Shown here piece by piece: positions 63,158-64,000 of a stretch of DNA of 64,000 nt; positions within the stretch are counted from its first letter, which is position 1, and each line of letters opens with the position of its first letter. The translations under genes and the position numbers were made by a program. The stretch is taken from the NCBI GenBank assembly GCA_965198005.1, contig CBDAOI010000002.1, forward strand, positions 256,001 to 320,000, given 5' to 3'. This stretch comes from Spirochaetia bacterium. GTDB lineage: Bacteria > Spirochaetota > Spirochaetia > SZUA-6 > Bin103. The notes beneath the pieces were generated by a model. It was given only the letters and a program-made list of their open reading frames with translations. It did no database searches and was not told the origin of the DNA.

Positions 63158-63214
63158 GAACACGACTACGGGCGGCCGGACAACGCAGGGTAGCATACCT
63201 TGACCGGGGGTGCA

Positions 63215-64000
63215 ATGACGCGGGCGACCGCGACCCTGGCCGCCGTGGTCGGCCTGCTCCTGTGGCATCAGACCATCGTTGCGCCGCGGCTGGAGGCTCA
63301 AACCGCCGCTCCCGAGAACGCTGCGCGCTGGCGTGCCACGCTGGCACGGGATGCCGAAACCATTACCGCGCTGGGAGCGCGGGTGGATGGCTCGGCCGCC
63401 GAGTCGGCCACCGTCGACTACCTGATTGGTGAGCTTGCCGAGCTGGGCCTGACGCCGCGCCGGCATACCTTTTCCGAGGCCGACTTCGCGCACTCGTTCT
63501 CCTCGATCGTGGACGTGACGATCGCGGGGGTGCGCCCGGACGTCCTGGTGGTGGCGGTGCCGCTGGCGGCCGCGCGGGCGGCCGGGTTCGGCTCGTCCAC
63601 GGCGCTGGAAACGGACGCGACCCCCGCCGGACTGGCCCTTGCCCTCGCCTTTGCCCGCGACGTCGCCCTCGCTGAACGACCACCTCCGGTCTCGGTGCGG
63701 TTCGTCTTTCTGGGCGCCGAGCGCGGCGATCCCGTCCACGGCTATCCGCTCGGCAGCCGCCTGTTCCTGCACCTGTTTCAACCCACCGCTCCGGTCGCCG
63801 TGGTCTACCTCGACCTCGACCGGCCGGCGGCGCGGTTGGTGATCAAGACCGGAGGCAGCAGCGGAGCGGCGGCGCCCTGGCTCATCGAACGGACCGCGGC
63901 CGCCCTGAATGCCGGTGGCCAGCGGTTTCGGATCACGCCCCACATCACGCAGCTGGTGCGGCTCGGCCTGGTCCGCGAGCCGCTGCTGGAGCCGTTTCTC
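63215..64000 (+). CDS. Exported M28 peptidase-like protein, partial (runs off the window end)
   Basis: Manual translation: signal peptide, LGARVDGSAAESATVDYL, GLALALAFAR, VRFVFLGAE, LGSRLF; canonical metal-ligand motifs not evident. Confidence 0.55.
   Translation, partial: MTRATATLAAVVGLLLWHQTIVAPRLEAQTAAPENAARWRATLARDAETITALGARVDGSAAESATVDYLIGELAELGLTPRRHTFSEADFAHSFSSIVDVTIAGVRPDVLVVAVPLAAARAAGFGSSTALETDATPAGLALALAFARDVALAERPPPVSVRFVFLGAERGDPVHGYPLGSRLFLHLFQPTAPVAVVYLDLDRPAARLVIKTGGSSGAAAPWLIERTAAALNAGGQRFRITPHITQLVRLGLVREPLLEPFL

Overview
High-GC bacterial chromosome segment, inferred to be from a spirochaete (Spirochaetia-type EF-Tu and SecY N-termini, Rpo[16 protein letters not shown]6657-like and FliG1-like genes). 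Positions ~1-31.8 kb carry an almost unbroken minus-strand transcription/translation supercluster: tRNA-Thr, rpmG, tRNA-Trp, secE, nusG, rplKAJL, rpoBC, str, S10, spc and alpha operons. The rest is mostly housekeeping: a TMTC-like TPR protein, rsmD, recG, yggT, hom, dnaE, a Wzz-like gene, ligA, an FGGY kinase, 5-FTHF cyclo-ligase, tRNA-Pro, argRCBDG, hisC, tRNA-Phe, a decayed vapBC pair, a Zn-PLC-like/fliG-like/asnS operon, a TM2 protein, hisB and a nitroreductase. I found no CRISPR array, rRNA, prophage or intact mobile element, and no clearly new multi-gene system. The most unusual items are: (i) the rpoC-rpsL spacer, which holds a group II intron 3' end, an IS1634-like transposase stub and an internally deleted dppC; (ii) a LigA with a tandemly duplicated HhH domain; (iii) a ~14-unit hexapeptide tail on RpoA; (iv) FPKPH in place of FNKSH beside the DnaE steric gate, together with many short tandem duplications in core genes; and (v) palindrome/direct-repeat promoters for rpmG and argR. 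All family assignments come from recognising motifs by eye; no database search was run.
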